A stretch of DNA of 64,000 nucleotides from Escherichia phage JM10: the sequence record PP400777. One strand, written 5' to 3'. The position numbers were made by a program, and so were the translations under genes. Shown here piece by piece: positions 10,098 to 18,811 of the stretch (position 1 is the stretch's first letter; the number at the start of each line of letters is the position of its first letter). The notes under the pieces were generated by a model. That model saw only the letters and a list, made by a program, of their open reading frames with translations, made no database searches and had not been told where the DNA came from.

Positions 10098-11099
10098 TTA
10101 TTTCAGTAAAGTTACTTCAGAGATTTCCTCCCAACCATCTTTATCAGTTGAAATAAAATCTGCTACATAAAGAGCCGTACGTAATGATACATTGCGAAGA
10201 CGAGATACGTTAGCCTTCATCCAGGACAATGCTTTATACGTTTCTGCATCCGTCAGACCACGTTTCTGCATCATGTCAGTAGATAATATTACATCTTCAA
10301 CTCGAACCATAATCTCTTCATTAGAGTGTACTCCAAGGTCCAAATACACTGAACGAGATACTAAAGCTTGAAGGTGTGGAGCAAGTTTAGAACCGCGTTC
10401 TAACTCTTTATCGATATCAACGTTTGTAATGAAAACGATAGTACCTTCAAACTCAAATTCTTTATCAATACCCTTATCATCGAGATAAGATGACGCAGTG
10501 CTCCAACAAACTTTGCGTTTATCTCCGGTATCTAATGCTGCTTTAAGAAGGTTCAAGATGTCCATATCTGAGAATACGTCAACGTCGTCGATTAAGAGAA
10601 CGCTGTCTGCATCACGGTTGAGCCAAAGTTGTTCGTAAAGGCCGATACCAGAGATTTTACCATTAATGCTTTTGTATTTGATGAAACCATTATCATTAGC
10701 ATTATTAAGCGCTTTATCCAGAGAATACGTCTTACCAATACCGGCTGCACCTGAAATAATGAGTGAACGAATTTTGCCATCAATAATGCCATTCGTCATC
10801 ATGTTCATTACTTTAAAGCGTTTGTTGATACGAGTTTTCATATCTTCAGTGCTTTCAACAACTGCAACCGGTGACGTCTCAACTCCTTCCATTACGATGT
10901 CTGATTTGAAGACCCATACTCCACGTTCAGAACCATCAATCATAACGAAAATTTTACCATCACCTAAGTGGGAACATTCAGGATTAAGCTTTGCCGGGAA
11001 CCAGGTCTTTGTGGCGACATAAGAACCAGAGATTTCGTTATTACGGTAGATACCTTTTTTGATTTGAACGTTGAACATTTTATTCTCCAATTTACTCAT
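10098..11099 (-). CDS. P-loop ATPase with N-terminal extra domain
   Basis: Walker A GAAGIGKT and Walker B LLIDDVD. Confidence 0.6.
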   Translation of the reverse strand: MSKLENKMFNVQIKKGIYRNNEISGSYVATKTWFPAKLNPECSHLGDGKIFVMIDGSERGVWVFKSDIVMEGVETSPVAVVESTEDMKTRINKRFKVMNMMTNGIIDGKIRSLIISGAAGIGKTYSLDKALNNANDNGFIKYKSINGKISGIGLYEQLWLNRDADSVLLIDDVDVFSDMDILNLLKAALDTGDKRKVCWSTASSYLDDKGIDKEFEFEGTIVFITNVDIDKELERGSKLAPHLQALVSRSVYLDLGVHSNEEIMVRVEDVILSTDMMQKRGLTDAETYKALSWMKANVSRLRNVSLRTALYVADFISTDKDGWEEISEVTLLK

Positions 11100-11116
11100 T
11101 TCGTTTCGATAGGTCT

Positions 11117-11145
11117 ATAATAACATGTTTAAAGCAAAAGTAAAC
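11117..11145 (-). promoter_or_regulatory. T4-type early promoter
   Basis: GTTTACttttgctttaaacatgtTATTAT on minus strand. Confidence 0.5.
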
Positions 11146-11147
11146 AA

Positions 11148-11366
11148 TTATTTGCGACGAGATTTTTTGGTAAGAGGTTGAAAGAACACTGCTTTACCGG
11201 CTGGGGTTAAGGTGACTCGTAACGCATTACCGATTCCTAAGGATGCTTTAACTAGACCTTTAGCTTTCAGTTCACCGAATGCTTGACGTTGGTCTGCATC
11301 ACGAGTGTTAACCATAAGACCTTTATCACCAGTTTCACGAATCATTTCTAACATTTTGGTTTTCAT
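11148..11366 (-). CDS. hypothetical small protein
   Basis: 72 aa from MKTKMLE; strong RBS (AGGAGAA); longer ORF start would overlap the promoter. Confidence 0.4.
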   Translation of the reverse strand: MKTKMLEMIRETGDKGLMVNTRDADQRQAFGELKAKGLVKASLGIGNALRVTLTPAGKAVFFQPLTKKSRRK

Positions 11367-11394
11367 TTTGTTCTCCTCTTGTTTTGATAGGTCT

Positions 11395-11423
11395 ATAATA
11401 ACATATCCTAAAAGCATGTACAC
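11395..11423 (-). promoter_or_regulatory. early promoter variant (GTGTAC -35, TGtTATTAT -10)
   Basis: minus-strand read GTGTACatgcttttaggatatgtTATTAT. Confidence 0.4.
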
Positions 11424-11474
11424 TACTTTTTAAAAATATTTTGACCCCCTAAAGGGACCCGAAGGTCCCCACAT

Positions 11475-11756
11475 TTACTTATCGCACTTAGCAACATAAT
11501 TAGGCATATCACAGAATACGGAGCGAGTAACTACTCGACCCTTTGACCATGCTTCAGTTGCTTGTCCGGCCGTGCTATTAATATAGCTTGATTTAATGTT
11601 CTCAATACCCTGAGAATGTGATGCATTTACCGAACCATTAGAAGGCCCAGAAGTCTGGTTACCACCAGCTCCTGTACTACCGTTGGCTGCACCCGTGGTA
11701 GCACCAACAGAGAATGCCATCATTACTGCGAATAAACCAATTACTAATTTTTTCAT
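11475..11756 (-). CDS. secreted small protein (signal peptide; G/S/T/N-rich; C-terminal Cys pair)
   Basis: N-terminal MKKLVIGLFAVMMAFSVGA. Confidence 0.45.
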   Translation of the reverse strand: MKKLVIGLFAVMMAFSVGATTGAANGSTGAGGNQTSGPSNGSVNASHSQGIENIKSSYINSTAGQATEAWSKGRVVTRSVFCDMPNYVAKCDK

Positions 11757-11787
11757 ATTTACCTCAAGTTAATGGTTATTTATCTAT

Positions 11788-12774
11788 TTATTTATAGTAA
11801 GAATTATGATTTTCGAGATAGACTTGCTCAAGGAAATCATCCCAGAAACTCATATCTACTTTTTGTTGCATACCATTCTTGGCAGCTTGTTCCGATGCTT
11901 GTTCAACTTGGTCAACGATATCTTCTAGGAATTCTTGTACAGTTTTAAACGTATGTTTACCAAGCTTAACATCGAGAATAAATGGAGCATCCTGAAGTGG
12001 GTAAACCAGGTCGCCGGTTTTGTAAATTTCCAATAATTGAAGTCCACCACGACATGCATGACTCAATGCTTTCCAGTCAATACCTTCGTTGGCTTCAGCC
12101 TTACGAGCACGTTCGCCATAGTTCTCTTCCAGTTTAACCAGGATGGCATTGAACTCTTTATTGGTTAACGTATCTTGGAATTTACGGTCTAACAGATTAT
12201 AGAATGTTTGCTTACCTGTTTTCTCGTTTTCGGTTTCAACCCACGAAGCAAATTCACCTACAGGCAGAACATTCTTCATATGTGATAAACGAATTACTGC
12301 ACCATTATCAAAGTATTGTCCCCATTCATTAGAACGTTTAAGGGCTTGACGAAGAACAGCCAGTCGAGAACCCTTGACACCGTATTTAGAAGCTTGCTTA
12401 CGGACATACCCTAAATAAGATTTCATGTTAGTGGTATAGAAACGAGACCTGTTATCTTGAATATACTTCCATACATCAGGCAAATCAGATTTAACTACTA
12501 GACTTTGTGGAGTGTGAAGCATATCTAATGCGACGGTTTCACCATCCGCAGCTAGTTTAAAGAAATATTTGAGACTATATAACTCATGGTCCACGTCGTC
12601 TTTTGTGTTCTTAGAAGATGTGTTATTCGTGTTCTTGCTCATGTGTTCTTTAACGTTACCGGACAAGATATCACGAGCATGAGGGACATAAATTTCTTTA
12701 AAATCGACGTCAGATTCAGGAGTAGACGTTCCATAAAGGTGGCTACCAAAGTAAGCCTTAACAATCGTTTTCAT
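11788..12774 (-). CDS. Pol-beta-superfamily nucleotidyltransferase-like protein
   Basis: GSHLYGTSTPESDVD (GS...DxD) near N-terminus. Confidence 0.5.
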   Translation of the reverse strand: MKTIVKAYFGSHLYGTSTPESDVDFKEIYVPHARDILSGNVKEHMSKNTNNTSSKNTKDDVDHELYSLKYFFKLAADGETVALDMLHTPQSLVVKSDLPDVWKYIQDNRSRFYTTNMKSYLGYVRKQASKYGVKGSRLAVLRQALKRSNEWGQYFDNGAVIRLSHMKNVLPVGEFASWVETENEKTGKQTFYNLLDRKFQDTLTNKEFNAILVKLEENYGERARKAEANEGIDWKALSHACRGGLQLLEIYKTGDLVYPLQDAPFILDVKLGKHTFKTVQEFLEDIVDQVEQASEQAAKNGMQQKVDMSFWDDFLEQVYLENHNSYYK

Positions 12775-13172
12775 TATTTAGCCTTATATTCAAGAGTAGG
12801 ACAGACTTTTTCTTTACGAGCTTTAAGGTATTCACCTATTAATGATTTCTTACGTTCAATAGGCTCAAGTCCATTTTTAATTCGTTCTTGGTTTTGCGCA
12901 ATGAGCTCAATTTCTTTATAATATTTTCTGTCGTTATATTTGTCTAACAACCAAGACGGACCAATTACTAACCCGGTAGCAATAAAATCCATGACTGCTA
13001 CAATTAAAATGCCTAAACCAATTGAAGCCGGAACTAATGTCCATAGACTGCTAAAAACAAAGAATTTAGTTAAAATTTCCTGGCAAATGATTGTGACTGC
13101 TGCTAAAATCACAAATCCAATAATTGAAGCAGCCAATACCGGGATTAACGTTTTCCAAAAATAAGCACACAA
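12774..13172 (-). CDS. membrane protein
   Basis: 132 aa; several hydrophobic helices. Confidence 0.4.
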   Translation of the reverse strand: MCAYFWKTLIPVLAASIIGFVILAAVTIICQEILTKFFVFSSLWTLVPASIGLGILIVAVMDFIATGLVIGPSWLLDKYNDRKYYKEIELIAQNQERIKNGLEPIERKKSLIGEYLKARKEKVCPTLEYKAK

Positions 13173-13256
13173 CGTTTTCGGACGATTCTATGTACTATTG
13201 AACGCGGTATAAAGTTTAAAGTGCCAAGAGTTTTCATTGATAATCATAATAATTCC

Positions 13257-13799
13257 TTATTTCAAAGTTGGGATAATAGAATCGAGATAAGCTTTAAGAG
13301 CAACTGCCTCATCTTTGTCTAATGTAATGATATGTTGACGAAGGTCATCAATTTGGCGAATAACTACGACATCACCATCTTCATAAGAAGGATTAACGCC
13401 TAGGACTGTTGTATAGTCAGGGCGGTCCTGATTTGTAATAAAAGCATTACGGCATTTAGCCCATTGAAGTTTGGCCTTTTTGGCTGTTTCAGATTCCATG
13501 AATTCTTTCACCTTAGTGACAAATGTTTTCCAATTATTAATAGAAAAACATTCATCTTCGGTTTCGATATTAACCCCACTATAAAGTCCGTGATAAAAAC
13601 GAACTTGAAGGTCTTCATCAATGTTAATTACAGATGCATGACCCGGTGGATTGAGTTTCAAAATCTTGTCTAGTTCCATAGGAAGAATAGTAACAACATC
13701 ATCTTCTTGCGTCAGAACGTACGCATAACCACGTTTTTCGATACATAAATCACCAAACAACTCAGTCGTTTCAATTACAGTTTTCATATTATTCACCAA
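13257..13799 (-). CDS. hypothetical protein
   Basis: 180-aa ORF. Confidence 0.45.
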   Translation of the reverse strand: MVNNMKTVIETTELFGDLCIEKRGYAYVLTQEDDVVTILPMELDKILKLNPPGHASVINIDEDLQVRFYHGLYSGVNIETEDECFSINNWKTFVTKVKEFMESETAKKAKLQWAKCRNAFITNQDRPDYTTVLGVNPSYEDGDVVVIRQIDDLRQHIITLDKDEAVALKAYLDSIIPTLK

Positions 13800-13887
13800 T
13801 TAAAGTTTCAACAAAATTCACCAAATCATTCTGACGAGCATCAACCTGATTTCTATAAAAATTAAATAAGATTAGCTTGTTCACAGG

Positions 13888-13998
13888 TCATTTTACCATA
13901 CTCGCTTCAATAAGATTCATTACACCATTTACCATGTTATACGTAAACATCGGATAATTGTATTGTATCACAACGTATACGATAAGCAAAAGTTTCAT
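13888..13998 (-). CDS. possible small hydrophobic peptide (36 aa)
   Basis: ATG with GGAGA RBS just downstream of the 14027-14056 promoter; below the ORF-track cutoff. Confidence 0.2.
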   Translation of the reverse strand: MKLLLIVYVVIQYNYPMFTYNMVNGVMNLIEASMVK

Positions 13999-14026
13999 TT
14001 TGTTCTCCATTTGTTTTGGTAGGACT

Positions 14027-14056
14027 ACTATAACATAGTCCTACCAAGTTGTAAAC
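14027..14056 (-). promoter_or_regulatory. T4-type early promoter inside a PeSL-like cassette
   Basis: GTTTAC + 18 nt + TGtTATAGT; palindromic TAGGACTA..TAGTCCTA core. Confidence 0.5.
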
Positions 14057-14289
14057 TACCGATTGTGTTTTAAATGTTGATAAAGTTCTTCAACTTGTTT
14101 AGGGTCCAAAACAATTAAGTCATTTTCTTGACGAAGATAAATCCATCCCTTATCCCCAGGACCATTTTTACAAAACATCACCACCATATCATCATCTTTA
14201 GCGCTTTCAGGTAAAAGTTCAAGTACACCGTCTTCAGATTTTCCAGTATAATCGTAAAGCATAATATCCTCACATAATCTCGTTAACAT
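14056..14289 (-). CDS. hypothetical small protein
   Basis: 77-aa acidic ORF. Confidence 0.35.
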   Translation of the reverse strand: MLTRLCEDIMLYDYTGKSEDGVLELLPESAKDDDMVVMFCKNGPGDKGWIYLRQENDLIVLDPKQVEELYQHLKHNR

Positions 14290-14449
14290 ACATTTGCAAT
14301 TCGGTGTGGGCGTCAGCCATCTTTTTCATAGCTCTGTTAATGTCGATGTCTCCATCTTCGCAACCATGAGCATTTTCCCAATCAGATACCGCATTAGCGT
14401 ACTCTTCAATCAAAAACATTAACTTAGAAATTTTTTCTTTACGTGACAT
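14270..14449 (-). CDS. hypothetical small protein
   Basis: 59 aa from MSRKEK with GGAGAA RBS. Confidence 0.35.
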   Translation of the reverse strand: MSRKEKISKLMFLIEEYANAVSDWENAHGCEDGDIDINRAMKKMADAHTELQMYVNEIM

Positions 14450-14476
14450 AACGTTCTCCTCTAGTAAGTAAGGTTT

Positions 14477-14505
14477 ACTATAACACAACCTGAGGAGAAG
14501 TAAAC
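14477..14505 (-). promoter_or_regulatory. T4-type early promoter
   Basis: GTTTACttctcctcaggttgtgtTATAGT. Confidence 0.45.
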
Positions 14506-14516
14506 TGATAGATGCC

Positions 14517-14544
14517 AAAAAGCCCCAACCTTTCGGAAGGGGCT
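14517..14544 (-). terminator. rho-independent terminator hairpin (repeat copy A)
   Basis: minus-strand AGCCCCTTCCGAAAGGTTGGGGCT followed by a T-run; downstream of rI. Confidence 0.55.
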
Positions 14545-14550
14545 AGTAAA

Positions 14551-14853
14551 TTAGATAGATGTAGGCTCTAATTTTATTTTCATGAACTCAGCAAATTGTC
14601 TGGCAGTTTTTATGCCTTGTTCATGACATTCAAATGCATCATCACAGGGGCTATTTTTGTAATGCTTTGCCATATACTTATAGAATTTTTCAGAATTCTC
14701 GACATTTTGAATTTCAAACAAAGTATATACGTTTTTAATCCCTGATTCCATAAAGTTATCAAAATATGGGTCGATATATGCAGTACCAACGATAGGAGTT
14801 GTTGCTGCAAAAAACCACAGCATCGCCATGACAGCTATCGCTCTTAAGGCCAT
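14551..14853 (-). CDS. rI: lysis inhibition regulator RI (antiholin)
   Basis: signal-anchor N-terminus; FMESGI..PC..FEC motifs match my recall of T4 RI. Confidence 0.75.
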   Translation of the reverse strand: MALRAIAVMAMLWFFAATTPIVGTAYIDPYFDNFMESGIKNVYTLFEIQNVENSEKFYKYMAKHYKNSPCDDAFECHEQGIKTARQFAEFMKIKLEPTSI

Positions 14854-14865
14854 ATAGGCCTCCTG

Positions 14866-15078
14866 TTAATTTTGGCCAGTATTTATTTTTCGCCTTTGGA
14901 CGGCCTTAACATCTGTGAGGTATTTTTCCAGCTTGCGCTTGCGTGTATAATCAGCTTTAGAACCAGTTTGACGGATATCCTCGTTTAAATGAGAAATAGA
15001 ATGTCCTAATTCTCTTCGGATTTCATCCAATTGGGTTACAGTAAGATTACGAAGTTGTCTTTCGTTTAATTGCTGCAT
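14866..15078 (-). CDS. hypothetical small protein
   Basis: 70-aa basic ORF between tk and rI. Confidence 0.4.
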   Translation of the reverse strand: MQQLNERQLRNLTVTQLDEIRRELGHSISHLNEDIRQTGSKADYTRKRKLEKYLTDVKAVQRRKINTGQN

Positions 15079-15105
15079 ATATACCTCTTGGTTAGATATT
15101 AGTAT

Positions 15106-15687
15106 TTATAACAACCCTGTCAAATCATTCCAATGCTTCCGGCATAATGACACGTATCTATCGGTATCACCAATTTCAATTTGACTGCCATCTGTAATTG
15201 GAAGTCCGTCTTCCGTGACTCTAGCTACCATTGTGGCCTTTTTACCGCAATGACAGACACCTTTAAGTTCAACAAGCTTATCGGCAATAGCCATTAATGC
15301 TTGAGAACCTTCAAATAGATTACCTTTAAAATCTGTTCGTAGTCCATATGCCATTACCGGCACATTGTATACGTCAACAATACGACTAAGTTGATACACC
15401 TTTTCAGTAGTTAAGAACTGAGCTTCGTCAACAAATACACAATGAATATCCTTTTGTGCTGCAGCCCATTTATAGAATTCAAAGATATCCATGTCTTTTG
15501 TAATTATATTGGCATCCTGACGAATACCAATACGAGAGACTATTTCACCTTTTGAATCACGAGTATCAATAGCCGGTTTAAGAACTAATACACCCATGCC
15601 ACGTTCTTTATAGTTATGTGCGGCAGTAAGTAATGAAGCAGACTTACCGGCGTTCATAGCGGCATATGTAAAAATTAAACTAGCCAT
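15106..15687 (-). CDS. tk: thymidine kinase
   Basis: 193 aa; P-loop NAGKSASLL; C-terminal Cys pairs. Confidence 0.9.
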   Translation of the reverse strand: MASLIFTYAAMNAGKSASLLTAAHNYKERGMGVLVLKPAIDTRDSKGEIVSRIGIRQDANIITKDMDIFEFYKWAAAQKDIHCVFVDEAQFLTTEKVYQLSRIVDVYNVPVMAYGLRTDFKGNLFEGSQALMAIADKLVELKGVCHCGKKATMVARVTEDGLPITDGSQIEIGDTDRYVSLCRKHWNDLTGLL

Positions 15688-15696
15688 AAGAGTCCC

Positions 15697-15879
15697 TTAT
15701 AGTGAATTCACGTAGTCAATGAGTTCTTGTTCTTTCCTGTCAAATGATTCCATCAATGCGTGATATTCTTCGTCCGTCAAAGGAGCATATTCATCGTACG
15801 CATTGGTGGCTGCTTGTTCATCCAATAGGTCATGGATAAGTTCGAACAGTTTAGCTTTCTCTTCTTTAGTTAATTTCAT
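15697..15879 (-). CDS. hypothetical small acidic protein
   Basis: 60-aa ORF. Confidence 0.35.
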   Translation of the reverse strand: MKLTKEEKAKLFELIHDLLDEQAATNAYDEYAPLTDEEYHALMESFDRKEQELIDYVNSL

Positions 15880-16370
15880 TTAGGTTCCAAATCAACAATC
15901 ACAATTTCTAGTTTAGTGGAATACGTATCTAAAATCTCTTCGATGACATCCCAGTTTCCACCACCAATACCTGCACCAATTCTTGGCATATAAATTACAG
16001 GCTTTGTTATCTTATTCTTTCCGAATTCATTTAATTCTATTATACAATTCATTAAAGCAGAGTACTCAAAATTAGGTCCCGGCTCAAACTGTGTATAAAG
16101 ATTAAAGCAATAAGCTTTATGGGTCTTAAAATATTTTTCATAAACCGAATAAGACCCGAGTTTAGACTCATCTCCGAATTCGGTTTGAAGTTTATCGGCT
16201 TCCAGAATTTTTGGATAAGCCTTTGCTAATTGTCCTGCTACACCAGCGCCCATTGTATGAAAACAATTACACCCATGCGCAATATTATTACCTTTAGAAA
16301 ACAGGGCGACAATATCGCCCTTGATATAGTTTTTAATCACTTGCTGCAAGTCCTCTAGTATAAGAGTCAA
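15876..16370 (-). CDS. macro-domain-like protein (possible ADP-ribose binding/hydrolase)
   Basis: GCNCFHTMGAGVAGQL and IGAGIGGG glycine-rich motifs resemble macro-domain loops. Confidence 0.4.
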   Translation of the reverse strand: MTLILEDLQQVIKNYIKGDIVALFSKGNNIAHGCNCFHTMGAGVAGQLAKAYPKILEADKLQTEFGDESKLGSYSVYEKYFKTHKAYCFNLYTQFEPGPNFEYSALMNCIIELNEFGKNKITKPVIYMPRIGAGIGGGNWDVIEEILDTYSTKLEIVIVDLEPK

Positions 16371-16680
16371 CTAGGCGGTCCACCATAGAATTGCATGCTG
16401 CCTTATCTTTAGGTTCCGCCACCGAGCATTCTAATATTTGCCATTTTTTATAGTATCTTTTAATTAAGGTAGACGCCTTGAACCTACTAGACGCCCCATC
16501 TTTTTCTCCGTCTTTATACGCATATAACAATTTTTGTGAAAAATCTACTTTACACTCTTGACTTTTACCACAATAATCAGACGCCGTTCTGTTTGTATAC
16601 TCCGTTACATCAGTATATGTAGTATTAGCAAGAGCGTTAAATGAAACCAAGCCAACTATTAAAGCCAACATTTTGGTCAT
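16333..16680 (-). CDS. secreted protein
   Basis: N-terminal signal-peptide-like MTKMLALIVGLVSFNALA. Confidence 0.4.
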   Translation of the reverse strand: MTKMLALIVGLVSFNALANTTYTDVTEYTNRTASDYCGKSQECKVDFSQKLLYAYKDGEKDGASSRFKASTLIKRYYKKWQILECSVAEPKDKAACNSMVDRLVDSYTRGLAASD

Positions 16681-17219
16681 TCTTTTATTTCCAGTAGTTT
16701 ATTTGATTTAAGGTAATTAGCCTTTTCTAGGACTTCAGAAGCATATTTACTTCCAGCACTTGTCTTCCATCCTGCATTATATGAGGATATAGCTTTTCTT
16801 ATATCCCCGTTATGTATATTTAACCAATAAGAAAATTCGATATAAGCCCATCTGGCTGAATTAGACCGCTTAGATAGCATTTTCTTAATTTGGGCATCAG
16901 TCATATTATAACCAAGCTGGTTAATTCTTGCCCTCATTGTCGGTAGATAATTTTGGAACATTCCATACGCATGGTGACCTTTCTTATCTTTAAGATTAAT
17001 ACCGGCAGATGATTCCTGCCATAGTATTGCGGCCATTATGTATCCAAGTCCTTTCTTATGCATATTTTCATGCGTTTTAAATTTTCCGTCCTTAGAAAAC
17101 TGTTCCCCAAACTGATAAGCATAATTCAAGTTATCGAGTTGGACATTACTAAAAGTATGCTCGGAGCTATGTGCTGATAATGAAAGAGCAAATAGACCAG
17201 CGAGTAGTGCTTTTCTCAT
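16677..17219 (-). CDS. secreted lytic transglycosylase-like protein
   Basis: signal peptide; WQESS and SYNAGW motifs typical of SLT domains. Confidence 0.5.
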   Translation of the reverse strand: MRKALLAGLFALSLSAHSSEHTFSNVQLDNLNYAYQFGEQFSKDGKFKTHENMHKKGLGYIMAAILWQESSAGINLKDKKGHHAYGMFQNYLPTMRARINQLGYNMTDAQIKKMLSKRSNSARWAYIEFSYWLNIHNGDIRKAISSYNAGWKTSAGSKYASEVLEKANYLKSNKLLEIKE

Positions 17220-17227
17220 GTTTACCT

Positions 17228-17686
17228 CTAGATTTTAATCACTGCTTTAGAAGCTTTTCCTGGTAGTCGTTTATTGTTAATAATAGCCATTCTGCATTGA
17301 AGAGACTTCATTTTGAATGCTGGATTTTCGCGACAAACTGTAAGTCCTAACCAAAGATTTCCATCAGTTATTTCTAAACGGCCTGGGCGATATTCGACAC
17401 CTTCGACAAAATCTTCATCAACATCTGGACGTGCCGGCATTGATAAAAATTCTGCAACTTCTTTAACATGATTTTTTACTTTATGAAATAATTCAAAAAC
17501 GTAATTCTCATCTATTTCTCTCTGGATGGCACGATCTAAGAGATGTTGAGAATACTTGATATGAAAGCCTGGTAGTCCAAGAGACTTTGCAGCATCTTTT
17601 ATACTGGCATTTATTTTGCGGAACTCCGTTTCAAAGATTCGACGGAGTTTATTACGGCGGATAAAAACGTCTGAATTGATAGTCAT
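17228..17686 (-). CDS. regB: RegB site-specific endoribonuclease
   Basis: 152 aa; close match to my recall of T4 RegB. Confidence 0.85.
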   Translation of the reverse strand: MTINSDVFIRRNKLRRIFETEFRKINASIKDAAKSLGLPGFHIKYSQHLLDRAIQREIDENYVFELFHKVKNHVKEVAEFLSMPARPDVDEDFVEGVEYRPGRLEITDGNLWLGLTVCRENPAFKMKSLQCRMAIINNKRLPGKASKAVIKI

Positions 17687-17714
17687 TTTGATTTCTCCTC
17701 TAGTTGACAGGTCT

Positions 17715-17743
17715 ATAGTAACACAACTAGAGGAGAAGTAAAC
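17715..17743 (-). promoter_or_regulatory. T4-type early promoter upstream of regB
   Basis: GTTTACttctcctctagttgtgtTACTAT. Confidence 0.45.
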
Positions 17744-17747
17744 TACT

Positions 17748-17963
17748 TTATTGATAAAATGGAGTTAAAGCCCAAGATTCTTTAGATACTATATTGGCGA
17801 AATGCCTCATCTCTTCGATTTGGCGACGACGCTGGTCAGCATAGTCTTCTTCGCCTTCTTCCTTACAATCTTCAAGGTCTTCTTCAAGATACTTTAAGTA
17901 TTCACTACAAATTTTGTTGACCTTTTCTTGAAAGTCCAATAACCCAGTAATAGTAGAAGCCAT
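17748..17963 (-). CDS. hypothetical small acidic protein (vs.3 position)
   Basis: 71-aa ORF. Confidence 0.4.
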   Translation of the reverse strand: MASTITGLLDFQEKVNKICSEYLKYLEEDLEDCKEEGEEDYADQRRRQIEEMRHFANIVSKESWALTPFYQ

Positions 17964-18239
17964 TAGTATTTTTCCTCAGGTCGAAATACTGCACGACATG
18001 CCCACATGCTGGCTTCTTTTAGATGTTGCTTAGCATACTTAAGAGCCTGCACTGCATCCATATCTTCTTTGGTTTGTTGCTCTGTTTCATTTTCTTTCAA
18101 GATATATGCTTCTTCAATCAGAGCATCAAACAACAATCCAAGACGGACTTCGGCATCTTTAATAGCGTTCACTTTACCGATTTTATCATCGGTATGCGGC
18201 TTGTAGCCTTTGATGTCTTCAATCGACATAAGGAATTTC
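17963..18239 (-). CDS. Acb2-like protein (T4 vs.4 position); candidate cyclic-nucleotide sponge
   Basis: 92 aa from MSIEDIK; position and size match T4 vs.4; assignment from recall only. Confidence 0.4.
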
Positions 18240-18443
18240 CTCATCAGTGGCAAGGTCATATTCGACCAATTGGATAGGCTCATTAATACCATATCCACGT
18301 ACAGTGATATCAGTTGACGGATATTTTCCAGTAATATCACCCGTTCTAAATGCTTCAATGAATGATTGCTCGCCTGAGCAACTAAACCAGGCGGCAAAAC
18401 ATTTTAAAACATCTTCAGACCCTTCTATAATCAATTTAGCCAT
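18219..18443 (-). CDS. hypothetical small protein
   Basis: 74-aa ORF. Confidence 0.4.
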   Translation of the reverse strand: MAKLIIEGSEDVLKCFAAWFSCSGEQSFIEAFRTGDITGKYPSTDITVRGYGINEPIQLVEYDLATDEEIPYVD

Positions 18444-18805
18444 TATAGACTCTCAGTAAAGGTACGAGCGATAACGTCGCGCTGCTGTTCCGGAGTCAGA
18501 GAGTTAAAGCGAACTGCATAACCGGATACACGGATGGTCAGCTGCGGATATTTTTCCGGATGCTTAACTGCATCTTCCAGAGTTTCACGACGCAGAACGT
18601 TAACGTTCAGATGTTGACCACCTTCAATTTTAACTTTAGGTTGATGTTCAATTTCAATTTCACGGGCATGCAAACCGTAGAAAATTTCCGGGTCTACAAT
18701 AGCGTCTTCTTTAAAAGTCTTAGAGACAATAATCCGGGCTTGAGTACCGTCTTCAAAATAAATAGTGCCTTTATGCGCACCTTCAAGAATTTGATATGCT
18801 TTCAT
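18443..18805 (-). CDS. autonomous glycyl-radical cofactor (GrcA/YfiD-like)
   Basis: C-terminal [25 protein letters not shown] is the pyruvate formate-lyase glycyl-radical signature. Confidence 0.75.
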   Translation of the reverse strand: MKAYQILEGAHKGTIYFEDGTQARIIVSKTFKEDAIVDPEIFYGLHAREIEIEHQPKVKIEGGQHLNVNVLRRETLEDAVKHPEKYPQLTIRVSGYAVRFNSLTPEQQRDVIARTFTESL

Positions 18806-18811
18806 ATAACC

